This document shows, in pieces, positions 1 through 8,988 of a stretch of DNA of 64,000 nucleotides; position 1 is the first letter of the stretch; every line of letters begins with the position of its first letter. The translations under genes were made by a program, and so were the position numbers. Source of the DNA: a virus; the IMG/VR virus record IMGVR_UViG_3300032238_000336, positions 1-64,000 of that record. One strand, written 5' to 3'. The notes beneath the pieces were generated by a model. That model searched no databases. It had not been told where the DNA came from and saw only the letters and a program-made list of their open reading frames with translations.

Positions 1-694
1 CAACATCAACAAGAACACAACTTGCAAATTGACGAAGTGGCGTTCTAACTCCTGCCATGATGGGAGTTGGAATGTTGATTCTGTGTTTTGAGATTGCGTC
101 GTAGTATCTTTTGACATATGAAATTCTAGTTTCTTTTGGATATCTAGCAAAAATAGTAGCAGCAATCATCATATACATGAACTGGGGAGTTTCATATACT
201 TGACCACTACTACGGTCCTGAACCAAATACTTATCAACTACTTGTCGAAGACCTGCATAAGTGAATAGATAATCTCTACTATGCTTGATATAACTACCAA
301 GTTTATCAAGTTCTTCTTCTGTATAATTGGTTAAAATTTCTGCATCATACACTTTCAAATTCACACAATTTTTAATGTGGTCTATAAAAGCAGGATGGTC
401 TTGAATTTTACCATATAGAGATTTACGAATAGAAAATAAAAGTAATCTTGCCGCAACAAACTGATAATTAGGATGTTCGAGGTCAATCAAATCAGATGCA
501 GAACGAATCAGAATCTCTTGAATTTCTGCCGTTGTAATTCCATCATAAAATTGAATGCCAGACTGCATCTCAACTTGTGATGCAGAAACGCCGGAAAGGT
601 CTCTACAAGATTCTTCAACCATCAAATGAAGTTTATTCAAATCAAGAGGTTCTTTTGAACCATTCCTTTTTATTACCTTAGTCCCGTTGCTCAT
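1..694 (-). CDS. nrdA: Ribonucleotide reductase class Ia alpha subunit, N-terminal part (runs off the window)
   Basis: Not in the ORF track; translated by hand from the ATG at 694 (ATGA overlap with the primase stop). MSNGTKVIKRNGSKEPLDLNKLH...HPNYQFVAARLLL is an ATP-cone; the frame continues to INIPTPIMAGVRTPLRQFASCVLVDV. Confidence 0.95.
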   Translation of the reverse strand, partial: MSNGTKVIKRNGSKEPLDLNKLHLMVEESCRDLSGVSASQVEMQSGIQFYDGITTAEIQEILIRSASDLIDLEHPNYQFVAARLLLFSIRKSLYGKIQDHPAFIDHIKNCVNLKVYDAEILTNYTEEELDKLGSYIKHSRDYLFTYAGLRQVVDKYLVQDRSSGQVYETPQFMYMMIAATIFARYPKETRISYVKRYYDAISKHRINIPTPIMAGVRTPLRQFASCVLVDV

Positions 695-1692
695 ACTCGT
701 TTCCATCCAATAAGTTTTGCTTTTGCTTCTAGTCCCATATAAGTATTTTCCTTGATGATTTTTGATGCATCAATTCCTGAAAGGATCATATCATTGATAT
801 CTTTTTGTTTCAAGTCATTTGGCCAAATGACAATTGGAAGTCGCATTTCTATTGCCTTTTCCATTCTATCAACAATCTGTTTATTTCGTTTTTCATTATC
901 ATAAACCATCACAAAGTCTGTTTCAAAGTTAGATAGAAAAAACATTTTGTCGATGTCCGCACCAACCATAGCAATTGAGTTATCTAAAAACATACTATCA
1001 ATTGGTCCTTCAACAACATAAACAGTTTTTTTGTAATCTGGTTTATCCAAATTATAAATTTTTGGCGGTGCATCATCAAGAATAATTGTAATATACTTTA
1101 CTTTTGAGTTTTTATTTAAACTACGACCTTGAAATCCAAATATTTCTCCTTTATTGATTAAAGGAATAATAATTCGTGGTTCGTCATATTCTACTTTATC
1201 AAAGGTATGTTTTTGAGTATTAGTCCATTCTTTAAACTTCTCGCAAAAATATAGTTCGTCCAAATAGTGTTTAGGTATTTTTCGGTTTTCTAAATATTGT
1301 TTTGCAAAGTGTTCTTTATTTAGTTGCGAAATCAAAGGTAGGTCGAAATATTTTTTAATAATTCTAAGTTTCGGAGTTTCATTTTTAGGTTTTATTTCTA
1401 CTTTTTTCAATCGTGGACCAGTTTCTTTATACTTCTCTAGAATGTACTGGTCGTGTAAAGATGGGTCTAAATCTTTTAGAAAGGTTGAAAAACTTACTGA
1501 CTTCCCACAATTGAAACATTTATAGTTATAAGATGTTCCAATTTGATATAAGTTTCCTCGTTTCTTTGATTGGGATTTCTTACTATCCCCACAATACCAA
1601 CAACGAAATTCGTAATTTTTAGAATTTTTTTGGGTAAACTTATCCAATCTAGATGAAATTAATCCAATATACTTAGTATCAATAAAAGACAT
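691..1692 (-). CDS. gp61: DNA primase (T4 gp61-like)
   Basis: N-terminal zinc ribbon (CWYCGDS...CFNCG), TOPRIM motifs VVEGPIDSMF and KDINDM; located next to nrdA. Confidence 0.95.
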   Translation of the reverse strand: MSFIDTKYIGLISSRLDKFTQKNSKNYEFRCWYCGDSKKSQSKKRGNLYQIGTSYNYKCFNCGKSVSFSTFLKDLDPSLHDQYILEKYKETGPRLKKVEIKPKNETPKLRIIKKYFDLPLISQLNKEHFAKQYLENRKIPKHYLDELYFCEKFKEWTNTQKHTFDKVEYDEPRIIIPLINKGEIFGFQGRSLNKNSKVKYITIILDDAPPKIYNLDKPDYKKTVYVVEGPIDSMFLDNSIAMVGADIDKMFFLSNFETDFVMVYDNEKRNKQIVDRMEKAIEMRLPIVIWPNDLKQKDINDMILSGIDASKIIKENTYMGLEAKAKLIGWKRV

Positions 1693-1717
1693 TACAAGGT
1701 AAGATTCATCACGTATT

Positions 1718-1746
1718 ACTTTATGGCAAAGTCGATACTAAGTCAA
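1718..1746 (-). promoter_or_regulatory. sigma70-like (early/middle) promoter for primase-nrdA
   Basis: TTGACT-N17-TAAAGT on the minus strand just upstream of gp61. Confidence 0.55.
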
Positions 1747-2181
1747 TTATTTTGCAATATCAATATGTTTTGGTGGAATGGTATTTGGAGCAGTTAAAAC
1801 CGGCATTTCTAGCTTTGAAACAGCAGTAGCTATTATTGTTACTATTGTCACTACAAATCCCACAACTCCTACTGCAATCCATCTAACTTTAGATAGGTCT
1901 TCTATCTTAGATTCAATTCCTTCTATTTTTTTTATAACTTTATTATATTCTGTATTATTTTTTTCTTCAACTTCTTTCAACTTAACTAAAGTAGAACTAT
2001 CAGACTTATTTGAGACTTCAATTCTTTCTTCGTGAATTGCAAGCATTTTTGAAATGCCTTGACTTGTTTCACTTATTGCTCTAATCGCATCTTCAATCTT
2101 ATTAAGCATTTGTTCATACACCGAAAATTTTTCTTCAAGAATCGCAACTCTAGTATCAACTTTTTCGTTTTTGTTGAACAT
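1747..2181 (-). CDS. Hypothetical coiled-coil protein with C-terminal transmembrane helix
   Basis: Likely start MFNKNEK at 2181 with GGAGAGG upstream; heptad-rich body; hydrophobic WIAVGVVGFVVTIVTIIATAV. Confidence 0.7.
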   Translation of the reverse strand: MFNKNEKVDTRVAILEEKFSVYEQMLNKIEDAIRAISETSQGISKMLAIHEERIEVSNKSDSSTLVKLKEVEEKNNTEYNKVIKKIEGIESKIEDLSKVRWIAVGVVGFVVTIVTIIATAVSKLEMPVLTAPNTIPPKHIDIAK

Positions 2182-2383
2182 TTTTTCCTCTCCGGAATAA
2201 AGCTTTATAAGGGTCTGGTAATTTTTTGTATTTGTTTTTTCTAAAGTCAATCGGTGGTTCTGTTAGAGGACCTCCTAGTGTTTCTGGTGAAACGTGGGTC
2301 GTAGGAACTCCCATATTTCCCCCATCTTCATTTATATAAGATTTAATCAAGTTTCGAATATGATTGAAGGTGCGGTCGTTCAT
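2156..2383 (-). CDS. Small hypothetical protein
   Basis: 75-aa ORF coupled to the upstream gene at 2383; same strand as the operon. Confidence 0.65.
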   Translation of the reverse strand: MNDRTFNHIRNLIKSYINEDGGNMGVPTTHVSPETLGGPLTEPPIDFRKNKYKKLPDPYKALFRRGKNVQQKRKS

Positions 2384-2754
2384 TAGATATTATTTAAATA
2401 ATTAAAACAGTTTAAATCTATTTGAATATCGTGAAGTTCAGACTTTGGATATTCAGGAAACCTTCCAAGATATGCAACAATTGTTTTTATGATAGACCAA
2501 TACTCACAATCTATCATATAAAATAACAGAGGGGTTGTTGCATCACCAAATATATTATACAAAATTAAAAAATGATTAATGAGTAAATGAACATTCAAAT
2601 CACCATTTAATTTATATTTTTTAAGCAAACGCTTAATCCACTTAAATCTTTTTAAATCATCATAAAAATCATCTTCAGTAACTGCTTGTGGATTTTCGTA
2701 ATGCTTTATTGCAAATATAATATAATTTTCATCATTCAACTCATCAAATCTCAT
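2383..2754 (-). CDS. Conserved T4-like cyanophage hypothetical protein
   Basis: MRFDELNDENYIIFAIKHYENPQ...DFYDDLKRFKWIKRLL resembles a core cyanomyovirus family found upstream of primase. Confidence 0.8.
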   Translation of the reverse strand: MRFDELNDENYIIFAIKHYENPQAVTEDDFYDDLKRFKWIKRLLKKYKLNGDLNVHLLINHFLILYNIFGDATTPLLFYMIDCEYWSIIKTIVAYLGRFPEYPKSELHDIQIDLNCFNYLNNI

Positions 2755-2761
2755 ATTAATA

Positions 2762-3625
2762 TCAAGCAGTTACAGTAAGTTTTGCAGATGATGAAGTTGC
2801 AGTTGCTCCACCAGTAGATGTAATAACAACTTTATATAGGTTATTATTTGCACTTAGTGGAGGATTAGTAAGAGTTAATGTAGCAGTTGTTCCATTGGAG
2901 TAAATTCCACCAGATGCATTACTGTAAGAAGTTCCACCATTAGTAGAAACTTGCCACTGATAAGTAAGTGCTGCTGCAGGGGTTACAGATGCAGTTACAC
3001 TGAATGTTCCGGTGCCAGTTGTAGCAATTCCAACTGAGGTAGGTTGTGAACTAATGGTAATCAGTCTATCGGGGAACACAGTGTCATCATCAGCATCTCC
3101 TGGTGCAGAATAAGTTGCTGCGGTATTTGAAGTAATTCCAGACATCGCAACAAGAACTTCACTCTTAACTCTTAAATTATTATCAGCATCCATATAAGTA
3201 TGAATACCCACCCATCCTGAGTGGGCTAGTTTATATTTAGTTCCAGAAGTTCCAGCTTGTGTCTGTGCTTCATATTCATCTACACCATAAACTTTAGTAG
3301 ATTGACCAGGTGAAGTGGTTGTAATTCCAGCATAATTGGAATCAAACATAGTAAATTTTGGCTTTTGCGAGATGGCATATGAAGCACCTGCAATAGTAGC
3401 ACCGGAAAGATATCTGGTGGTTGCAATATAAAGTTCAGTATCATTGGTAACTGACTTAATTACACCTTCTCCAAAAGTCCCACCGGCTCCAATAGTAATT
3501 ACTGCACCAGTAGTAATCCCAACTGCAGTAAACGAAGTTCCAGCTCCAGTGATTCTACCATCACTATATCTTACAGTAACTGTTCCTGGTGAGTAAATAC
3601 TATCCGATTTTCCCCAAAGAGCCAT
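2762..3625 (-). CDS. Virion structural/decoration protein with C-terminal Ig-like domain
   Basis: Start MALWG at 3625, downstream of a late promoter; HSGWVG...RVKSEVLVAMS motif; Ig-like ITISSQP...YQWQVS...TATLTL...YKVVIT. Confidence 0.75.
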   Translation of the reverse strand: MALWGKSDSIYSPGTVTVRYSDGRITGAGTSFTAVGITTGAVITIGAGGTFGEGVIKSVTNDTELYIATTRYLSGATIAGASYAISQKPKFTMFDSNYAGITTTSPGQSTKVYGVDEYEAQTQAGTSGTKYKLAHSGWVGIHTYMDADNNLRVKSEVLVAMSGITSNTAATYSAPGDADDDTVFPDRLITISSQPTSVGIATTGTGTFSVTASVTPAAALTYQWQVSTNGGTSYSNASGGIYSNGTTATLTLTNPPLSANNNLYKVVITSTGGATATSSSAKLTVTA

Positions 3626-3653
3626 TTTATTTTCCCCGTATGTTTTATAAGAG

Positions 3654-3661
3654 TATTTATA
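3654..3661 (-). promoter_or_regulatory. T4-type late (gp55) promoter TATAAATA
   Basis: Exact TATAAATA about 30 nt upstream of the MALWG start. Confidence 0.75.
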
Positions 3662-3688
3662 AAAAATGGAGAGCATAAAACTCTCCAT
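3661..3688 (-). terminator. Intrinsic terminator
   Basis: ATGGAGAG-TTTTATG-CTCTCCAT hairpin followed by a T-tract on the minus strand. Confidence 0.8.
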
Positions 3689-3710
3689 CTATATTGTTTA
3701 TTTTTGTAAT

Positions 3711-3896
3711 TTAAGGAGTTGGGTCTGTTGCTCCACCCTTAATTGCTTTTTGACGAATTTGCAAAAGAACAAATGAAACAAGTCCATTTGCTTTTATTTT
3801 TGGATTTGCACCAAGAAACTCAGAAAGAATCAAAAGAATTGTCATAATTGCGGCTTGATTTGCATTATAAAATGCTAAAAGTGCTGCGATTGACAT
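3711..3896 (-). CDS. Small membrane protein, possible holin-like
   Basis: 61 aa, hydrophobic AAIMTILLILSEFLG and GLVSFVLL, basic C-terminus; GAGG RBS, own late promoter and terminator. Confidence 0.6.
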   Translation of the reverse strand: MSIAALLAFYNANQAAIMTILLILSEFLGANPKIKANGLVSFVLLQIRQKAIKGGATDPTP

Positions 3897-3919
3897 AATG
3901 ACCTCGTATGAACTATAAG

Positions 3920-3927
3920 TATTTATA
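3920..3927 (-). promoter_or_regulatory. T4-type late promoter TATAAATA
   Basis: Exact motif between the 3930 stop and the 3896 start. Confidence 0.75.
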
Positions 3928-3929
3928 AA

Positions 3930-5315
3930 TTAGCACTTCCATCTTCGTCTTGCGGCTAGTCCTCTTTCACCGTGCCATTTTCTACTACGAGCACAAAAAC
4001 TCTTACGACGTTTTGCTGCCTTAGACCCAGGTTTTACATCACCAGTAACAGGTGCTTGAAGATGCGAACCAGTTGCAAGATTGTATTTGTCCCTACCTTT
4101 TTGAGTAAGTCCACCACCTCTTTCAACTGAAAGTTTCTCACCCCTGCCTACAGATAGAACAGGTCCTTCCTCTTTAATCACTCGTTTTTTTTTACTCTTT
4201 TTCTTTGGTGGGACTCGTATACCCGATTCTTTCATTTTTGCAAGAAGACCTGAAGTTCTCGGTCTTCTAGTATTATCAAAACTTACTGAAGTAGTATCAA
4301 GAGTTCCTTTTGAATGTTGCCTAAAAGTCTCATTGTCTTGACTTTCATTAACAGGTTCAGTTTCCCCCATCATATAATCCGCAACAGTATCAATATGGTC
4401 TACTGCTTTTGTGATTTTAGATTGAACCCACGCAGGCAGTTGTTGATTATTTGATTTTATTTTTTTACGAAGTGATTTAACTGCTCTTTCAATTGTAGAA
4501 AGTTCATTACGAGCCATTCCTCCTTCACTATCAACTTCTTCAATAATAGTTGGAAATAAAGTAATTTTATTTATTCCTGTAAATACATTTACAATTCTAC
4601 CATTATCGTCCTTTTTCTTCTTTCTTCTTATATCTCCTAGTTCGCAGAGAAACTCTTCCCTCCAACAAGAGTATTCTTCATTAGTAGACTTATCAAATTC
4701 AGATTGCTTAAAATCATATTTTTTCTTTGGCATTCTGTTTAATATTTCTCTCTGCCTAATACTTTTATTTGCTCGTGCCATTTGCCCCAAAGTCCTACCC
4801 GCTGGAGGTAGCCTTGGTTGTGTCATCGAAGTTTTTATTTCTGCAGATTTCTCTTGTGCCTTTTTAGTTCCCGCTTCAATTTGAGCTTTTCTTTTCGCCT
4901 TTTGTCTTTTTTTTATATTGTGAAAAAGTGCAGATGCACCAGCTTTAGCAACTCCACCTACAAGAGACGCAGCGTTCCCTACTAACTTTGCGCCAGCAGT
5001 AGTGTCAGAGTCTTTATGAGATATCCTCTGAATTTTGATGTTTTTAAGTGGTTCGGTTATTCTACCCTTCTGTTCATTTGTTCTTCGTCTTCTATCTTTT
5101 TCCAAAGATTGGGCCTGCTGCCATCTTAATCTTTCTTTTTTATATGCTAAAGTATCTTGTTGATATTTACGATATTTTTTAGCATTCTTAGATCTTTCCT
5201 CTGCTTTTGCTTCTCTTTCATCTTTTCTTGCAGCGGCATCTCGCTCTCTCTTCAACACTGAATCTGGCTTATCAAAAGGACCTTCGAATAGTAATTCTTC
5301 TCTCCAGTTTGCCAT
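3930..5315 (-). CDS. Modular, highly basic hypothetical protein (probable virion internal protein)
   Basis: Likely start MANWREEL at 5315; modules GMARNELSTIERA...AWVQSKITKAVDHIDT and GGLTQKGRDKYN...RRKSFCARS...RRWKC recur in cyanomyoviruses. Confidence 0.7.
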   Translation of the reverse strand: MANWREELLFEGPFDKPDSVLKRERDAAARKDEREAKAEERSKNAKKYRKYQQDTLAYKKERLRWQQAQSLEKDRRRRTNEQKGRITEPLKNIKIQRISHKDSDTTAGAKLVGNAASLVGGVAKAGASALFHNIKKRQKAKRKAQIEAGTKKAQEKSAEIKTSMTQPRLPPAGRTLGQMARANKSIRQREILNRMPKKKYDFKQSEFDKSTNEEYSCWREEFLCELGDIRRKKKKDDNGRIVNVFTGINKITLFPTIIEEVDSEGGMARNELSTIERAVKSLRKKIKSNNQQLPAWVQSKITKAVDHIDTVADYMMGETEPVNESQDNETFRQHSKGTLDTTSVSFDNTRRPRTSGLLAKMKESGIRVPPKKKSKKKRVIKEEGPVLSVGRGEKLSVERGGGLTQKGRDKYNLATGSHLQAPVTGDVKPGSKAAKRRKSFCARSRKWHGERGLAARRRWKC

Positions 5316-5317
5316 TT

Positions 5318-6517
5318 TTATTTTGTAGAACATTTACTATTCATATTTAGTTTTTTCTTAGGCATAGTTTCTTTAATTTTAACTCCAGTATAAGAAACTA
5401 CAGGTTGACCTGGAGTCATACTTTGTAATTTTTCACGATACTTATCAGTTCCAACTTCATAAACTGCTTCTCTTATATTTTGCAACCAAGATTTAAACAT
5501 CACTCCTTCATTAGTTACACAGATAAGATAGTTAGTCCCACGACGAAGAACTCTTCCTTGAAGTCCTGTATTTAAGTTTTCTATAATACTACCGATAGGA
5601 TATAAGTTATTTATTTTATAGTTCATCCTCAACCCTTCCATATCAAGTTCAGGGGCAATTCTCCATAAATCATAACTTTCTCCAAGTTGCATAGCATTTG
5701 CAACTGAATTGAAAAGTTCTTCTTTATCAACTCTTTTCATACGGGTAGGAAGATTGGCAGAGAACGATTCAAAGTTTCCTTCTGCTACTGCTGCTCTTAG
5801 TTGTGCAGAAGAACCAGCACCACCAACATCACTGTCAGGGTCTTTCACTCCCGCAGGAATAACTTCAATTGTATTAAATTGATAGGTTTCTCCTTCTCCC
5901 CTATGAGCTAAACTTTGAAACTCTCCAACTCTATCTGAACCTACAACTACTTTTACATCGGTAAATCCGTCATTTGATAAACTTGTAAGAACATCAAACA
6001 AAGTAGTTGTATCACTATTGTCTATAATATAATCTGCATACTCGGGATACATTGTCCTCATATACTTTATCTTGAGTGTGGGATTGAGAGGATTGGTCTC
6101 TTTATCCTCAATACGACTTGGGTAGATGCGATATTCTGACCCATTATTTTTTGCTTGATTAAATCCAAATTTTAAAAGTTGTTCGTGAGCCTTTCCTGGA
6201 GGATTAAATTTACCAAGAACTACTACTATACCTTTACCTTGCTCTTGTACCTCTGGTTGTTGTTGAACTTGAGGTTGTTGAGATGTAAGTGCTGGTTGGG
6301 GTTGTTTTTTAGTATCTTTTTTAATAGATTTATCTTCAGCACCTTTATTGTCTCTTCCTTTAAATACTTGAAGTTTACTACCTATAGTTTTGGCTACTAA
6401 CTTACCTTGATTGTCATACCAATCTCCGTGCCCATCCCCTCGCAATCCCATTTGTTTTGCTTGGGACGATGCGATTGTCTCTAATGCTTCGGATATAAAT
6501 TGACGAAACGACTTCAT
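5318..6517 (-). CDS. Cytidylyltransferase-like (HIGH/HxGH superfamily) nucleotidyltransferase
   Basis: VVVLGKFNPPGKAHEQLL, NPLNPTLKIKYM, VVVGSDRV; usual position after mazG in cyanomyoviruses. Confidence 0.8.
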   Translation of the reverse strand: MKSFRQFISEALETIASSQAKQMGLRGDGHGDWYDNQGKLVAKTIGSKLQVFKGRDNKGAEDKSIKKDTKKQPQPALTSQQPQVQQQPEVQEQGKGIVVVLGKFNPPGKAHEQLLKFGFNQAKNNGSEYRIYPSRIEDKETNPLNPTLKIKYMRTMYPEYADYIIDNSDTTTLFDVLTSLSNDGFTDVKVVVGSDRVGEFQSLAHRGEGETYQFNTIEVIPAGVKDPDSDVGGAGSSAQLRAAVAEGNFESFSANLPTRMKRVDKEELFNSVANAMQLGESYDLWRIAPELDMEGLRMNYKINNLYPIGSIIENLNTGLQGRVLRRGTNYLICVTNEGVMFKSWLQNIREAVYEVGTDKYREKLQSMTPGQPVVSYTGVKIKETMPKKKLNMNSKCSTK

Positions 6518-6534
6518 ATTATTGAGTTTTTAAA

Positions 6535-6542
6535 TATTTATA
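6535..6542 (-). promoter_or_regulatory. T4-type late promoter TATAAATA
   Basis: Exact motif 18 nt upstream of the cytidylyltransferase start. Confidence 0.7.
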
Positions 6543-6639
6543 AATTTTATCTAAAGCATTTATATATTTATGCCTAATAATAAATGTGTGAGTTTTATTT
6601 ACAAAATCAATAGTAAATCATAAAGTCTATTATATTACA

Positions 6640-7050
6640 TCAAATATCTCCTTCGTCCCTATGTTCGGAGTAATATGCATCAAAATTTCCTCCAGGATAT
6701 CTTTTATACAACTTGTCAATATTGGTTTGAATGACTTCATCAAATGAAACTTCAAGAGCAATGCAGGCTTGTGCCACATACCACATTGTATCACCCAATT
6801 CTTTAATAAGATGAGTTCGAGTTTCTTTATCCCACGGCTTTCCTTGAAAAATCATTTTTTTTACAATTTCAAGAAATTCTCCACCTTCTGCGTTGATACC
6901 AACTCCTGAAGTTAGAAGTCGTTCAATATTTGCTCCCTTTTCATCTAACTCAACCATACGGTCAGAAAGAGCAAGAAAATCTTTAGATGCATCAGAGGTT
7001 ACTGCATCTACGAATTCTTGGTATTTAATGAAATCAATACGTTTTGTCAT
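6640..7050 (-). CDS. mazG: MazG-like nucleoside triphosphate pyrophosphohydrolase
   Basis: GINAEGGEFLEIVKK...KELGDTMWYVAQ...NIDKLYKRYPGG, the EXXE...EXXD signature. Confidence 0.92.
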   Translation of the reverse strand: MTKRIDFIKYQEFVDAVTSDASKDFLALSDRMVELDEKGANIERLLTSGVGINAEGGEFLEIVKKMIFQGKPWDKETRTHLIKELGDTMWYVAQACIALEVSFDEVIQTNIDKLYKRYPGGNFDAYYSEHRDEGDI

Positions 7051-7051
7051 A

Positions 7052-8425
7052 TCAGAATTTAATATCTTTGAATTTTGTTGTTTTGTCTTCTTTAAAAGAA
7101 TACTCGGGTTCTAATACTTCGTCAAGTGCTTCCATCTGTGCATTTTGTTCCACATCATATAGTCGCATCTTATTCCTATCTAAACCTACTACAAATCTTT
7201 TATACTTAGAAACATCATTATCTCTATTTTTAATTTGCTTAAACATAATTTGTCCTAGTTTATCAAGTTCTTCGGTTTTAATCATCGCAACAATCAAATC
7301 CACAGTTGCAACTGTTCCGAAACTTTCTGATGTATCAGTCATATCTGGGTCACTTGTAGTTGCTCCACTACGGGTCATCTGTGTAGAACTAAACACAGGG
7401 ACCTTATATTCGACAGCAAGTGCTCTGAGTTCCTCAGAGATACTTTTCACATAGGTGTATGAGTTAACTCCGGCATTATTTTTATATCGACTAGAAGCAC
7501 AAATATTCATATAGTCAATAAAAATAATATCAGGATGGAAATGCTTCTTCAAAGATAGTTCATTAAGAAGTGCTTTGAAGTGACCTACGTGTGCAGAAGA
7601 AGGAGCATATTCTTTGATAATCAGTTTACCGTGAGTTTTCTTTGCCATCTTTACAACTTTACTTTCAAAAGAACTCTTGGAAAGTTTATCAATCTCCGAA
7701 ATATTCACATTCAATAGATTTGCGTCAATACGTTGTGCGATTTTTTCTTCTGACATTTCAAGAGTGATGTAAAGCACATTCTTACCTTGAGCTAAGAATG
7801 CTGAAGCAAAAGAGCACATCGCAAGTGATTTACCTACATTAGGACCTGCTAGAATAAGAGATAATGTTTTTTTACATAGTCCTCCACCAGTGATTTTATT
7901 GAAATACTCAAGGTCAAAAGGAAGTCTTTCTTCACTTCGGGTATAATACTCATAACGTCTTTCATAATCATCAATATAATCGTGACCAATATGGTCATCA
8001 AATGATATTGACAATGCCTCCTGAAGAATACCAGGAATTGCATCTCTACCTTTCTTATCGTCCCCACCATCTGCAATCTTAATACTTTCCATTAATGCAA
8101 GATAGATTGCTCTATCTCTGCACCACTTCTCAGTAGTGTCCATCAACCACTCTAAATCTACGTGACTATCATCAAGAATTGAAACATAATCACAAATAGT
8201 CTTATATGTGTCTTCTGTAATATCCGTTCTTTTTTCTGCTTCAATTAAGACTACTTCTTTAGTTGCAAGGTCTTCATAAGCTACAATAAACTTACTAATT
8301 TCTTCAAATACTACTCGTTCGTGCCGATTATCAAAATAATCAGGATTGATAAAAGGCAATACTTTTCTACAAAAATCATTATTGAATAACAGATTTCTAA
8401 GAATAGTTGTTTCAATTTTTTCCAT
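7052..8425 (-). CDS. gp41: Replicative DNA helicase (T4 gp41, DnaB-like)
   Basis: Walker A LAGPNVGKS, YITLEM, IFIDYMNI, ISEELRALAVE, TSESFG. Confidence 0.95.
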   Translation of the reverse strand: MEKIETTILRNLLFNNDFCRKVLPFINPDYFDNRHERVVFEEISKFIVAYEDLATKEVVLIEAEKRTDITEDTYKTICDYVSILDDSHVDLEWLMDTTEKWCRDRAIYLALMESIKIADGGDDKKGRDAIPGILQEALSISFDDHIGHDYIDDYERRYEYYTRSEERLPFDLEYFNKITGGGLCKKTLSLILAGPNVGKSLAMCSFASAFLAQGKNVLYITLEMSEEKIAQRIDANLLNVNISEIDKLSKSSFESKVVKMAKKTHGKLIIKEYAPSSAHVGHFKALLNELSLKKHFHPDIIFIDYMNICASSRYKNNAGVNSYTYVKSISEELRALAVEYKVPVFSSTQMTRSGATTSDPDMTDTSESFGTVATVDLIVAMIKTEELDKLGQIMFKQIKNRDNDVSKYKRFVVGLDRNKMRLYDVEQNAQMEALDEVLEPEYSFKEDKTTKFKDIKF

Positions 8426-8436
8426 TATTTAATAAG

Positions 8437-8988
8437 TTAAGGATTACGTTTGTGTTCAGGAACATCAAATACGAAAGTAATTCGTATATTTTCCCCTATA
8501 TTTTTTGCACTATGTGGCATTTTATTGTTAAACCAAAAAAGAGTTCCTGGATTTACAACAATCATTTCATCTCCCACAGTATACTCATACACTCCTTGAA
8601 TGGAAAGATGGTATCTGTCTTTTGTAAGATAATAAGTTCCTTCATCAATGTGAGTTCCAACAATTTCACCAACAGGCAAAGCAAGAAAAGCACAACGACG
8701 TATTTTTTTAAAATAAGTTTTTAAAAATTTAAAAACCTCTGTATGTTTCTCATATGCCGGGGTTTGAATACAAATTTCAGTATCACCAACATACTGTCCT
8801 TCTTTTTCTATTCCACCCATTATCAGTTGAAGAACATCAACCGTAACAGTATATTTTGTTGGGTCAAGTTGTTCTATTTTTTTATCTTTAATATTCTTTT
8901 GCGAACCCCAATCTTCTGGATATTGTTTTATTTGTTCTAAAATTTTAGATACATCAATTCCAGTTTTTATAACTCGAATATTTTTCAT
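8437..8988 (-). CDS. Aspartyl/asparaginyl beta-hydroxylase-like Fe(II)/2OG dioxygenase
   Basis: HID...RYHL...WFNNKMPHSAKN...RITFVFD: HxD...H facial triad plus Arg in a cupin fold. Confidence 0.8.
   Translation of the reverse strand: MKNIRVIKTGIDVSKILEQIKQYPEDWGSQKNIKDKKIEQLDPTKYTVTVDVLQLIMGGIEKEGQYVGDTEICIQTPAYEKHTEVFKFLKTYFKKIRRCAFLALPVGEIVGTHIDEGTYYLTKDRYHLSIQGVYEYTVGDEMIVVNPGTLFWFNNKMPHSAKNIGENIRITFVFDVPEHKRNP

Noticed and set aside
3626-3688. ORF-track N-terminal extension of the 2762-3688 gene
   Set aside because: The upstream ATG lies inside a terminator hairpin and upstream of the late promoter; MALWG at 3625 is the better start. Similar over-extensions were trimmed for the ORFs starting at 2250, 14136, 17004 and 27100.
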